DNA from: Bacillota bacterium
GTDB lineage: Bacteria; Bacillota; Sulfobacillia; Sulfobacillales; JAIMBI01
Assembly (NCBI GenBank): GCA_021797815.1
Contig: JAJZYZ010000010.1
Span: 347-64,346, forward strand
DNA length: 64,000 bases
Direction of reading: 5' to 3'
Shown here one piece after another: positions 52,062-64,000 of the stretch. Under the pieces are notes generated by a model. That model was not told where the DNA came from, did no database searches, and worked only from the letters and a program-made list of their open reading frames with translations. A program made the position numbers and the translations under genes. How positions within the stretch are numbered: the stretch's first letter is position 1; every line of letters begins with the position of its first letter.

Positions 52062-53237
52062 CTAATGACGGGAGGCGATGGCGCGCACCCCGTCAACGGC
52101 ACGGGCCACGTCCTCTTCGTTGGTGAAGAAGGACGTCGAAAACCGGACGGCCGACATCCACGGACGCCGGACCGGACGGGTCACCACCTGGGCCTCGTCC
52201 AACAGCCGTTCGAACACGTCCGGCCCCGACACACCCTCGACTTCCGCACAGGTGATGCCCGTCTCAGGTTCGGCCGGCGACCAGATTTTCACACCCGGAA
52301 TCTCGCCCAGGCGGGCAGCCAGGAGGCTCGCCAGCTTGCGCTGGCGTTCCATCAGCGCGGCCACTCCCGCTGCTTCCCAGTACCGCATCACGTCGTCCCA
52401 GGCCACGAGCGCGGGCCACGGCCGGGTGGCGAACTCGAAGCGTTTGGCGTCGGCCGTCCAGGTGGCGTGCATCCGCTCCGGGTAGTCGCTTACATATCCG
52501 GACCCATCGCCGACAAAGGTCATCTGGAGCCGCTCATTGATGCTGGGAGCCACGTAAAGGGCGCCGGTGCCCACCGGCCCCAGCATCCACTTGTGCCCGT
52601 TCAAGGCGTAGAGGTCCACCTCGGACGCCGGCAGGTCAAGCGCCACCTGTCCGCCCGCCTGGGCACCGTCCAACATCAAGAGGGCGCCCGCCTCGTGGAC
52701 GACCGCGGAGAGACGCCCGGCGGGAACCGTGGCTCCCGTCTCGCACGAAACGTGACTCAGGACCACGAGCCGCGCGGGGCGCTCACTGAGCGAGCTCCGG
52801 ACGCGCTCGATGAGTGCGTCTCCGCCCTGCCCGTAGTGAAGAATCTCGACCTCGACACCCCGATCGGCCAGGACCGAGAGCGGAGCTACCAGCGCTCCGT
52901 GCTCTTCGTCTGTGGTGATGATCCGGTCACCGGGATGCCAGTCGAGGCCGAAGAGACCGATGTTGATGGCATCGGTCACGTTGCCGGCAAAAGACAGGGA
53001 GCTTGGGGAACACCGAAGCCACTCGGCCAGGTGGGTGCGGGTGGCCTCAGTGCGCTGGTGCCAGCCGCCGTAGATTTTGGGATTGCCGGGGCCCGCCTGA
53101 TTCCACTCGGCCTGGTAGCCGAGGTAGCGCTCCAGGACCGGCGCAGGGACGGGGCCGAGCGTGCCGGTGTTCAAAAACGCTCCCGTGCGCGTGCACGGGA
53201 AATCTGCGCGGATACGATTCCAGTCGATGCTGGCCAA
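52062..53237 (-). CDS. class-V aminotransferase (cysteine desulfurase / isopenicillin-N epimerase-like)
   Basis: 391 aa with FLNTGTLGP, HVSCETG, DGAQAGG and LNGHKW (PLP lysine). Confidence 0.85.
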   Translation of the reverse strand: MASIDWNRIRADFPCTRTGAFLNTGTLGPVPAPVLERYLGYQAEWNQAGPGNPKIYGGWHQRTEATRTHLAEWLRCSPSSLSFAGNVTDAINIGLFGLDWHPGDRIITTDEEHGALVAPLSVLADRGVEVEILHYGQGGDALIERVRSSLSERPARLVVLSHVSCETGATVPAGRLSAVVHEAGALLMLDGAQAGGQVALDLPASEVDLYALNGHKWMLGPVGTGALYVAPSINERLQMTFVGDGSGYVSDYPERMHATWTADAKRFEFATRPWPALVAWDDVMRYWEAAGVAALMERQRKLASLLAARLGEIPGVKIWSPAEPETGITCAEVEGVSGPDVFERLLDEAQVVTRPVRRPWMSAVRFSTSFFTNEEDVARAVDGVRAIASRH

Positions 53238-53328
53238 CAGCGGTCGCCTCCCAGGTGATGAGGGTCAAAGAGGAGTCCGGGGGCTCTTCCTCGTTGCACG
53301 AACGGGATCCTGCTCGCAGGACTGTCTT

Positions 53329-53835
53329 TCAGAACTTCATATGTATATCGACTTCGTGCCGCGGGCGTAGATGCAAGAGACCCATCAGCCCCGGCGTGGC
53401 AAAGAGCCCGAACAGGACAAACACCGGCAGCGGCTGGAAAAACACCGTCGGGGGAAGGGGGAAGCCGAAGAGGGCCACCAGCACCCACTCGACGATGCGG
53501 ACGACGGCCTCCATGCCGGCTCCGATGAGGCCCGGCACGAATATCGGGTCCCGCACCACCTTGCCCTGAATACTGGCGACGAAGAAGCCGACGGCGGCGT
53601 ACACCGTCATGTTGAGTCCGATGAGCCGCCCCGCCGCCAGATCGAGAATCAAGCCGCCGATGGCTCCTATCACGGCCCCGCGTGGCGGGGTTTCAAAAAA
53701 AGCCAGCGCCACCACGAGCGGCAGCACCAGGTCGGGCACATAGCCGGCCGGAAACACGTCAGCCAAAAGCGAGACGTCCAAGAGAGCCGCGGCCACAAAC
53801 AGCAGGACCCACACCCACCAGCGGTACTGCCACAT
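53329..53835 (-). CDS. mreD: rod shape-determining protein MreD
   Basis: 168-aa polytopic membrane protein directly after mreC (TGATG overlap). The PDLVLPLVVALA segment is typical of MreD. Confidence 0.8.
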   Translation of the reverse strand: MWQYRWWVWVLLFVAAALLDVSLLADVFPAGYVPDLVLPLVVALAFFETPPRGAVIGAIGGLILDLAAGRLIGLNMTVYAAVGFFVASIQGKVVRDPIFVPGLIGAGMEAVVRIVEWVLVALFGFPLPPTVFFQPLPVFVLFGLFATPGLMGLLHLRPRHEVDIHMKF

Positions 53836-54701
53836 CAGGGCACGCCCCCTCTGAGCGGAGGCGCGGCCTCACCGGAAGGGTGGGCTTCAACCACCATCAC
53901 GGTCTCGATCTGGTTGAAATTCACCTGCGGGACGACGGTCGCGACCTGCGTGAGTCCGGAGGGACCGGTCGTGACCTTCGACACCTCCCCCAGGAGGAGT
54001 CCCTTCGGGAAGAAGTGGCTGAACCCCGAGGTGATGATGGCGTCGCCGGGCTTTACGTCGCCGGGCTGGTTGGAGAACAGCTGGAATTTCAGTTTGCCCG
54101 TCACCGGGTCCTGTCCCACCACCACGCCCGCCGCTCGTGAACGCACGTCCATGGCGCCCACTCCGCTGGCGGGATCGAGCAGCAGCAGCACCTGACTCGT
54201 GGTCGGGGCGACCGAAACGATCCGGCCCACCACTCCCTGGGGAACGATGACCGGCATGCCGGTTTGGATGCCGGCTCGACTGCCCTCGTTAATCGTGAGC
54301 GTGTCAAACCAGGTTTCCGGGTTGCGCCCAATCACGGTTGCAGCTGAAAGCTTCCAGGACCCGAGCTTCTTCTTGACAAACAGAAGGGACCGGAGCTGAT
54401 TGTTGTCTGCTTCCACCTCCTGCAGCTCGAGCCGCATGGTGTTGAGCAGCAGCAGCTCGCTCTTCAGGCGGACAACTTCTTTCCGGAGGACGAAAAGCTG
54501 TCCGATGGTCCCGGCGGCAAGGCCCACGCGGTTGCCGGCCACGTTCAGTCCGTCGGCGACGGGAGCCGTCACCGTGGTCATCACGGAGGCGAGCGTCAGC
54601 ACCTGGTGGCGAATCTTCGATGTATACGACAACAGCGCGCTCAAGACCGCCACTAACAGCACCGTGATGATGGGGCGCCGGTAACGGTACAGGAAATCCA
54701 T
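53835..54701 (-). CDS. mreC: rod shape-determining protein MreC
   Basis: N-terminal TM, a coiled-coil (LKSELLLLNTMRLELQEVEADNNQLR), and two beta-barrel repeats with GMPVI..GVVGRI and GD.IITSG....FPKG. Confidence 0.9.
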   Translation of the reverse strand: MDFLYRYRRPIITVLLVAVLSALLSYTSKIRHQVLTLASVMTTVTAPVADGLNVAGNRVGLAAGTIGQLFVLRKEVVRLKSELLLLNTMRLELQEVEADNNQLRSLLFVKKKLGSWKLSAATVIGRNPETWFDTLTINEGSRAGIQTGMPVIVPQGVVGRIVSVAPTTSQVLLLLDPASGVGAMDVRSRAAGVVVGQDPVTGKLKFQLFSNQPGDVKPGDAIITSGFSHFFPKGLLLGEVSKVTTGPSGLTQVATVVPQVNFNQIETVMVVEAHPSGEAAPPLRGGVP

Positions 54702-54758
54702 GGCGCCCCCTTTGTCCCAACTCCGCCAGACGGGCGGCCCTCTGCGGCGTCTTGCCGC

Positions 54759-55790
54759 CTAGCGGCGATTGCGCCGGCGAAGCGCCTCGATGTGCTTGGG
54801 GTCATCCAGCACGAGACCGGTGCCGCGCACCACCGTCAGCAGGGGCTCCTCGGCCATGTGCACGGGCATGCCCGTTTCGGAGCTCACGAGCTTGTCGAAG
54901 TCGCGCAGCAGGCTGCCGCCGCCGGTTATCACGATGCCGCGGTCCATGATGTCGGCCGCAAGCTCGGGCGGCGTCCGCTCGAGGGTTGTCTTGATGGCCT
55001 CGATGATGCTGTTGACGGGGTCAGACACGGCCCGCTGGATCTCGGAGGCCGTGATCCGCAGGGTCTTCGGAAGCCCGGTTACGAGGTCGCGTCCCCGGAC
55101 CTCCATCGCGGTGTCCTGCTCGGGCGGATAGGCGGAGCCGATGGTCATCTTGACCTCTTCGGCCGTGCGCTCCCCAATCATCATGTTATACGTGCGCTTG
55201 ATGTGGCTCACGATGGCGTCGTCCATCTCGTCAGACGCAATACGGATCGAGGCCGAGGTGACGATCCCGTCCAGCGAGATGATGGCCACCTCGGTGGTGC
55301 CGCCGCCAATATCGACAATCATGTTTCCGGTAGGCTCGTCCACCGGCAGTCCGGCGCCGATGGCGGCCGCCATCGGCTCCTCCACGACCAGCGTCTCCCG
55401 GGCCCCCGCCTGGACCGCGGCATCTTTGACGGCGCGCTCCTCCACCCCGGTCACGCCGGACGGGACCCCAATCACCACCATGGGATGGAACACCCGAAAG
55501 TTGGGAACTGCCTTTTGGATGAAATGCTTCAACATCGCCTGGGTGTGGTCGAAGTCCGCAATCACCCCGTCCTTCAGCGGCCGCACTGCCCTGATGTTGC
55601 CGGGCGTGCGCCCGACCATCTGCTTGGCCTCCTGGCCCACGGCAATAATCTCGCCCGTGTGCTGGTCGATGGCCACCACCGATGGCTCCTGAAGCACGAT
55701 GCCCTTACCCTTGACGAACACGACTGTATTCGCAGTACCAAGGTCGATGCCCATATCTCTCGAAAACGCGCCGTAAATGTACCGCAGCAT
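54759..55790 (-). CDS. mreB: rod shape-determining actin homologue MreB
   Basis: [30 protein letters not shown] and ITGGGSLL. Confidence 0.95.
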   Translation of the reverse strand: MLRYIYGAFSRDMGIDLGTANTVVFVKGKGIVLQEPSVVAIDQHTGEIIAVGQEAKQMVGRTPGNIRAVRPLKDGVIADFDHTQAMLKHFIQKAVPNFRVFHPMVVIGVPSGVTGVEERAVKDAAVQAGARETLVVEEPMAAAIGAGLPVDEPTGNMIVDIGGGTTEVAIISLDGIVTSASIRIASDEMDDAIVSHIKRTYNMMIGERTAEEVKMTIGSAYPPEQDTAMEVRGRDLVTGLPKTLRITASEIQRAVSDPVNSIIEAIKTTLERTPPELAADIMDRGIVITGGGSLLRDFDKLVSSETGMPVHMAEEPLLTVVRGTGLVLDDPKHIEALRRRNRR

Positions 55791-55806
55791 CCCTGGGGCC
55801 CCTTTC

Positions 55807-56535
55807 CTAGCCAGTTGCAGTCATGAATCCCGATTCGCGAAAGCTAACGTATCGACCCTGGCCAATAATCACGTGGTCAAGAAGGGGGATTCCGAGCACC
55901 TGTCCCGCGTCCTCCAACCTGTGCGTGAGTCGTCGATCTTCCATGCTGGGTGTCGGGTCCCCGCTGGGATGGTTGTGCACGGCGACGATACCTGCCGCGC
56001 CCGCTTCCACCGCCCGCCGGTACACCTCGCGGGGATGCACCTCCACCGAGCTCTGTCCGCCCACAAACGGCGTTTCCACCCGAAGCACCCGATGCCGGGC
56101 ATTCAGCACCAGCACCCGAAACTGCTCCTGCGGCAAGAGCGCCATGTCCTCCAGAAGCCGCGCCACGTCCTCGCCCGAATGGACGACCGCCAGGTCCTCA
56201 GGCCCGATGCGAACCCGGCGTCCCGCCTCCAAGGCGGCCACCAGCTGGGCCGCGCGCGCCGGGCCTATTCCCGGTCGCCGGCAGAGCTCCTCCGGGGTCA
56301 GGCGCGCAAGTTCCTGCCAGCCAATCTCCGCCAGTTCCCGGCCCACGTCGAGGGCGTTGTGCCCCCGCGGGCCCGAACCCACCAAAATAGCCAGGAGTTC
56401 TCCATCGGTGAGCGCCCGGGCTCCGTGCCGCCAGAGCCGCTCTCGCGGGCGCTCTCCCACGGGCCAGTCCTTGACCGCCCGCGGGCGCCTGCCTGCCGGT
56501 CCCGCCGAACCCACCATCCCGACCGTTCCTCTCAT
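55807..56535 (-). CDS. radC: RadC-family JAB-domain protein
   Basis: [17 protein letters not shown], and the JAMM motif [11 protein letters not shown]. Upstream of mreB as in Bacillus. Confidence 0.9.
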   Translation of the reverse strand: MRGTVGMVGSAGPAGRRPRAVKDWPVGERPRERLWRHGARALTDGELLAILVGSGPRGHNALDVGRELAEIGWQELARLTPEELCRRPGIGPARAAQLVAALEAGRRVRIGPEDLAVVHSGEDVARLLEDMALLPQEQFRVLVLNARHRVLRVETPFVGGQSSVEVHPREVYRRAVEAGAAGIVAVHNHPSGDPTPSMEDRRLTHRLEDAGQVLGIPLLDHVIIGQGRYVSFRESGFMTATG

Positions 56536-57222
56536 ATCGTTTCCATAAACATTTCGTGAAGATCCACTTATTCATCACATCGTCCCGGCGCGGCAGACCG
56601 TTTTCGACCGCCGGTGCCGGGGTGCTCGCCCCACGGGCCTTACCGCCCATTAAACGCCAGCGCCGACGTCAAGGTTGGTGAGACGCGCCGCCGTCCGCCT
56701 CTCGTCCATCTATTCGGGGCGCCACCCCGATCCCTCCGCCTTGCGGACGCTGAAACGCCTCTTCATCCGCCCCTCCGGATCCGGCGCAGAAAACGCCTCT
56801 TCCGCGGTCCTAAGCGACCCGGAGAAGACCCGATGAACCTGATGTGCTGGCCAATAGAATTGCGCGGCATCCCCCGTCCGAGGCAAGTTCCCGTACAGGA
56901 TAGCATCTGCCTTCTGGCCTCACAACGAGCCGCGCCATTCGCGGCCGACAGTCCGGGCGCCCGTCGCCCTTTGGGTATTCGACCCGAAGCCCGGGAAGCC
57001 TCCCGCATGGATCTGCCTTTACGGGCGAGCCGCCCCTCCAAAGGCGCAGCCAGGGCGGCGCCGGGTCCGTCTGACCACATGCCGTCACGCATCCACAACA
57101 GAGAGATTCGGGCCACTCTCGCGGGTGTGTCCGGGCAGGAGGAACCGGGGCTCGAGGGTGCCCGGCCGGATGCGACCGGGTTTGAGAGCTCCCGGGGCCC
57201 GCGCCCGCGGCGCTCTGTCGCG

Positions 57223-58508
57223 CTATCTGTCGCCGGCCGACGCCGCCCCCGTCGGAACGATACGCCGGCGGACGGGCCCCACAACATCAAACGAGCCCAT
57301 CACCACGACGATGGCCCCTTGGCCGTCGGCGCGCGCCCGGGCCGCGGCCATCGTGTAGGCCGCGGCCACCGACCCCGGGTAACCTATGGGCACGGTGGTG
57401 CCGAGGCCGGCGGCCCAGGCGGCGGGATCCCCGGCCCGAGAACTTTCCGGGCGCACCAGCGCCGCGCTCTGCACGTGCGGCAGCATCGCGCGCAGCATGG
57501 CCCGACCGGGCTTATCGGCCAGCACGCCGAAGACCAGATGCCGCGGCCGCGGATAGAGCGGCCCCGAGAGGGCCGCGGCCAGGGCCCGCGCACCGTGAAG
57601 ATTGTGGGCGGCATCGAGAAGAACCGGCGGGCCATCGCCTGGCACCAGCCATTCGAGCCGAGCCGGCCACGTCACTCCGGCGAGTCCGGCGCGCGCCGTG
57701 TGCATGTCAATCCCGAGACGCGGTCCGATGAGGTCCAGTACCGTGGCCGCGAGGGCCAGATTGCGCGCCTGATGAGGTCCCGCGAGACCCGCCCGGAGGA
57801 CCCGCCCCCGAACTCGCGCCGTCACATAGTCCCGGCCGACCTCCACCACCTGGCTTCGCGCCCAATGGATGCCGGTTTCCATCCGGCGGGCCGCGTCCAG
57901 GAGCTCACGGCGGGCGGGCGGCGACTGCCATACGCTTGCGACCGGTACGCCGGACTTGATGATGCCGGCCTTGTCCCGGGCAATGAGCGACAGCGTCGGT
58001 CCGAGGACGGCCGTATGATCGAGGGCAATCGGTCCGAACGCGACTGCCAGCGGACGCTCCAGAACGTTGGTGGCGTCATAGCGGCCGCCAAGCCCCACTT
58101 CGACGACCGCCACGTCAACACCGGCATCCAAAAAGGCCAGAAAGGCGAGACCCGTCAACGCCTCAAAGCGAGTGGGGGGCTCAGCCAGGCCGCGTGCGGC
58201 GTCTTCCACCCGATCCATGAGCGTCTTTAGGCCTGCGATGGGAATAAGCTCCGAGGAGGTCCCGACGGTCATGCGCTCCCGCAGGTCACCGAGGTCGGGC
58301 GACGTATAGCGCCCGACCTTGAGGCCGGCCGCCTGCAGGCCGGCCGCGATGAGGGCCACGGTGGAACCCTTGCCGTTGGTGCCGCCCACGTGGACCGTCG
58401 GATAGCGGCGCTCCGGATGCCCGAGAGCATCGAGGAGCGCCGCGGTCCGTTCAAGCCCCGGACGCATCCCGAAGCGGTGGAGAGCCTGCCACCACGGCGA
58501 CTCCTCAA

Positions 58509-58512
<4 letters not shown>
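57223..58512 (-). CDS. folC: bifunctional folylpolyglutamate synthase / dihydrofolate synthase
   Basis: HVGGTNGKGST P-loop and a Mur-ligase middle and C-terminal domain pattern. ATGA overlap with the valS stop. Confidence 0.9.
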
Positions 58513-61124
<2,612 letters not shown>

Positions 61125-61149
61125 GTCCTCTCCCTCACTTTCCACACGA

Positions 61150-61385
61150 GACCCTGCCCAAGAGAAATGCCCCCCGCCCTCAAAGGGCGAAAGGGCAACT
61201 TTCGCGGTACCACCTTTGTTCCACCCGACTGCCGTCGGATGCTCAACGTGCGCTAACGGGCACCCCCGCCGGAACTACCCCTGCGCTGCAGGCTCGCCCC
61301 GGTGCCTCCCGGCTGACACAGGACCCCCGTACCCACCGGCTTTCACCATCCCGGCTCGCTTATCGGGCGGAAGGTCACTTCAGGC
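61150..61385 (-). promoter_or_regulatory. T-box riboswitch leader (valine specifier candidate GUC)
   Basis: On the minus strand: AGCGAG GA-motif, then the distal GGTGAAA. A specifier-loop candidate GTC-A sits at 61317-61314. The T-box sequence is AACAAAGGTGGTACCGCG (core 61214-61203). A terminator CGCCCT-ttg-AGGGCG inside GCCC...GGGC is followed by ATTTCTCTT. Confidence 0.8.
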
Positions 61386-61427
61386 CGTTCACCGGCGATC
61401 GTTCATGTTCGACAGTATCCGATGCCG

Positions 61428-61694
61428 CTAGTCTTCGACGACGGCCAGGACATCTTCCATGGCCAGCAAAAGGTGCTCTTCGGTGCCGAGCTTGACCTCG
61501 GTGCCGGAAAACTTGGCAAACAGTACCTTCTGCCCCACCGTGACCTTGACCTCTTCGCCGTCGCCGACGGCCGTGACCTCACCGGTCTGCGGCTTGTCCT
61601 TCGCAGTGTCCGGTATGTAGATGCCTCCCTGACTCCGCTCCGTCTGCTCCACGAGCTTGACCAGAATGCGGTCGCCCAACGGCTTTACCGTCAT
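61428..61694 (-). CDS. groES: co-chaperonin GroES
   Basis: VKPLGDRILVK...GGIYIPDTAKDKPQTGEVTAVG...VLFAKFSGTEVK. At 88 aa it is short, because the roof-loop region is abbreviated. Confidence 0.95.
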   Translation of the reverse strand: MTVKPLGDRILVKLVEQTERSQGGIYIPDTAKDKPQTGEVTAVGDGEEVKVTVGQKVLFAKFSGTEVKLGTEEHLLLAMEDVLAVVED

Positions 61695-61766
61695 CCCCTA
61701 CATCCCCCTATCGCCGATTCGTACAATGGGTTGGCGTCCGAAGACCCTAAGCTGACGCCGTTCACG

Positions 61767-61775
61767 ATTATAGCA
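61767..61775 (-). promoter_or_regulatory. extended -10 promoter of groES
   Basis: TGcTATAAT on the minus strand, about 75 nt upstream of the groES ATG. The -35 region is poor (TGGCGG). Confidence 0.55.
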
Positions 61776-61976
61776 AAGGTGCCCGCGCCCCCGCCAGGAT
61801 CCTGACGAAGTCCGCCGCCATGGCCACGGACAGGAATCGAAAGCCGTCACCGCCCCGCGAGGGTCTGGCAACGCCCGCGCCGCATTTCTCCCCGGCCGGC
61901 ACCCGTTGGTGCGGGCGCGCGGGCCGCGGTCCGCGCACGTTCCGGCATCAGGCGCCCGAGCGTTTTCGATCACACG

Positions 61977-62538
61977 TCAGAGGCCTCCGAGACCGAGTCC
62001 CGACAGGGTGTCCCGGATGGAGGCGAGGCCGCTCTTGGTCCGCGCCGACACCAGCACGACCGGGACCCGATATTGAACCCCGAGGGCGTCGAGACGTTCG
62101 CCGGCCGCCGTCTTGGAAAGCTTGTCCGCCTTATTGGCCGCCACCAGCAAGGGGACGCCGCGGTCCTGCGCCCAGTCTCGCAGCATCAACTCCTCCGCCT
62201 CGGGATTTCGGCGGACATCCTGGATAAGGATGCCGCCCACGATCGTCTGCCGGGTCTTCAGGTAGCGGTCGACGGCCCGGCTGAAGCGCTCCTTATCGGC
62301 CAGGTCCCCCACGGCGTAGCCAAAACCGGGCAGGTCAACCAGATACCACTGTTTCACCTGGTAAAAGTGAATGCGCCGGGTGTGGCCGGGATGCGCGGAT
62401 ACGCGGGCCGTCTTGCGGTTTAAGAGAGCATTGAGAAGCGAGGACTTCCCGGAGTTGGACCGACCCATCAACACCACTTCCGGCCACCCGTCAGTGGGCA
62501 GTTCGCGGTCGTCTAGGGCCGAGTAGGCCAGATCTCCC

Positions 62539-62567
<29 letters not shown>
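61977..62567 (-). CDS. engB: ribosome biogenesis GTPase EngB/YihA (YsxC)
   Basis: G1 GRSNSGKSS, G3 DLPGFGY, G4 NKADK. Follows lon as in Bacillus. The start is either the ATG at 62567 or the GTG at 62546, both overlapping the lon 3' end. Confidence 0.85.

Positions 62568-64000
<1,433 letters not shown>

Noticed and set aside
56614-58230. 538-aa plus-strand ORF spanning the folC region and part of the folC-radC gap
   Set aside because: It is antisense to folC over most of its length. Composition is Arg/Pro/Gly-rich and low-complexity, with no SD before its start.

Overview
By eye this is a high-GC window (about 65-70% G+C, codon third positions mostly G/C). It is almost entirely core-genome, and about 85% of the genes lie on the minus strand. 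Gene order is the classic Firmicutes/Clostridia housekeeping synteny. Lineages such as Symbiobacterium, Thermaerobacter or Limnochordia would fit, but I cannot identify the organism from sequence alone.

Blocks, left to right:
- rpsU-yqeY, HIT, and prmA-dnaJ-grpE-hrcA-hemW-lepA.
- A small aromatic-acid/acyl-CoA cluster (wrbA, paaK, EthD, crotonase, MFS).
- rpsT/holA, then a 1.1-kb non-coding gap.
- A binding-protein-less NitT/TauT-type ABC transporter.
- An SDR plus YhaO/YhaN (SbcCD-like) nuclease-ATPase operon.
- yyaL, grpB, and rsfS-yqeK-(RRM gene)-nadD-obg.
- rpmA-prp-rplU, HAD, LCP, mmsA plus a class-III aminotransferase, nitroreductase and VIT.
- asnB plus an OmpR/HK two-component pair, and RNase G.
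- The cell-shape/division block: radC-mreBCD-(class-V aminotransferase)-minC remnant-minD-minE-rodA, with a three-gene tail.
- folC-valS with a Val T-box, a lone groES, engB, and the 3' part of lon.

I found no mobile element, CRISPR array, tRNA/rRNA gene or obvious defence island. The points worth a second look are:
1. Both ATPase chaperone genes are missing from their canonical operons. grpE overlaps dnaJ with no dnaK, and groES runs straight into the valS T-box with no groEL. A variant CIRCE operator is retained upstream of hrcA.
2. A MinC C-terminal domain reads through only by joining three reading frames, and it lacks an N-terminal domain.
3. Two genes (lepA, probably rsfS) appear to need CUG initiation.
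4. Several unusually long non-coding gaps carry repeats and hairpins.
5. The SbcC-like ATPase has a hydrophobic hairpin in the middle of its coiled coil.

All functional calls come from reading motifs in the supplied translations. No database search was run.
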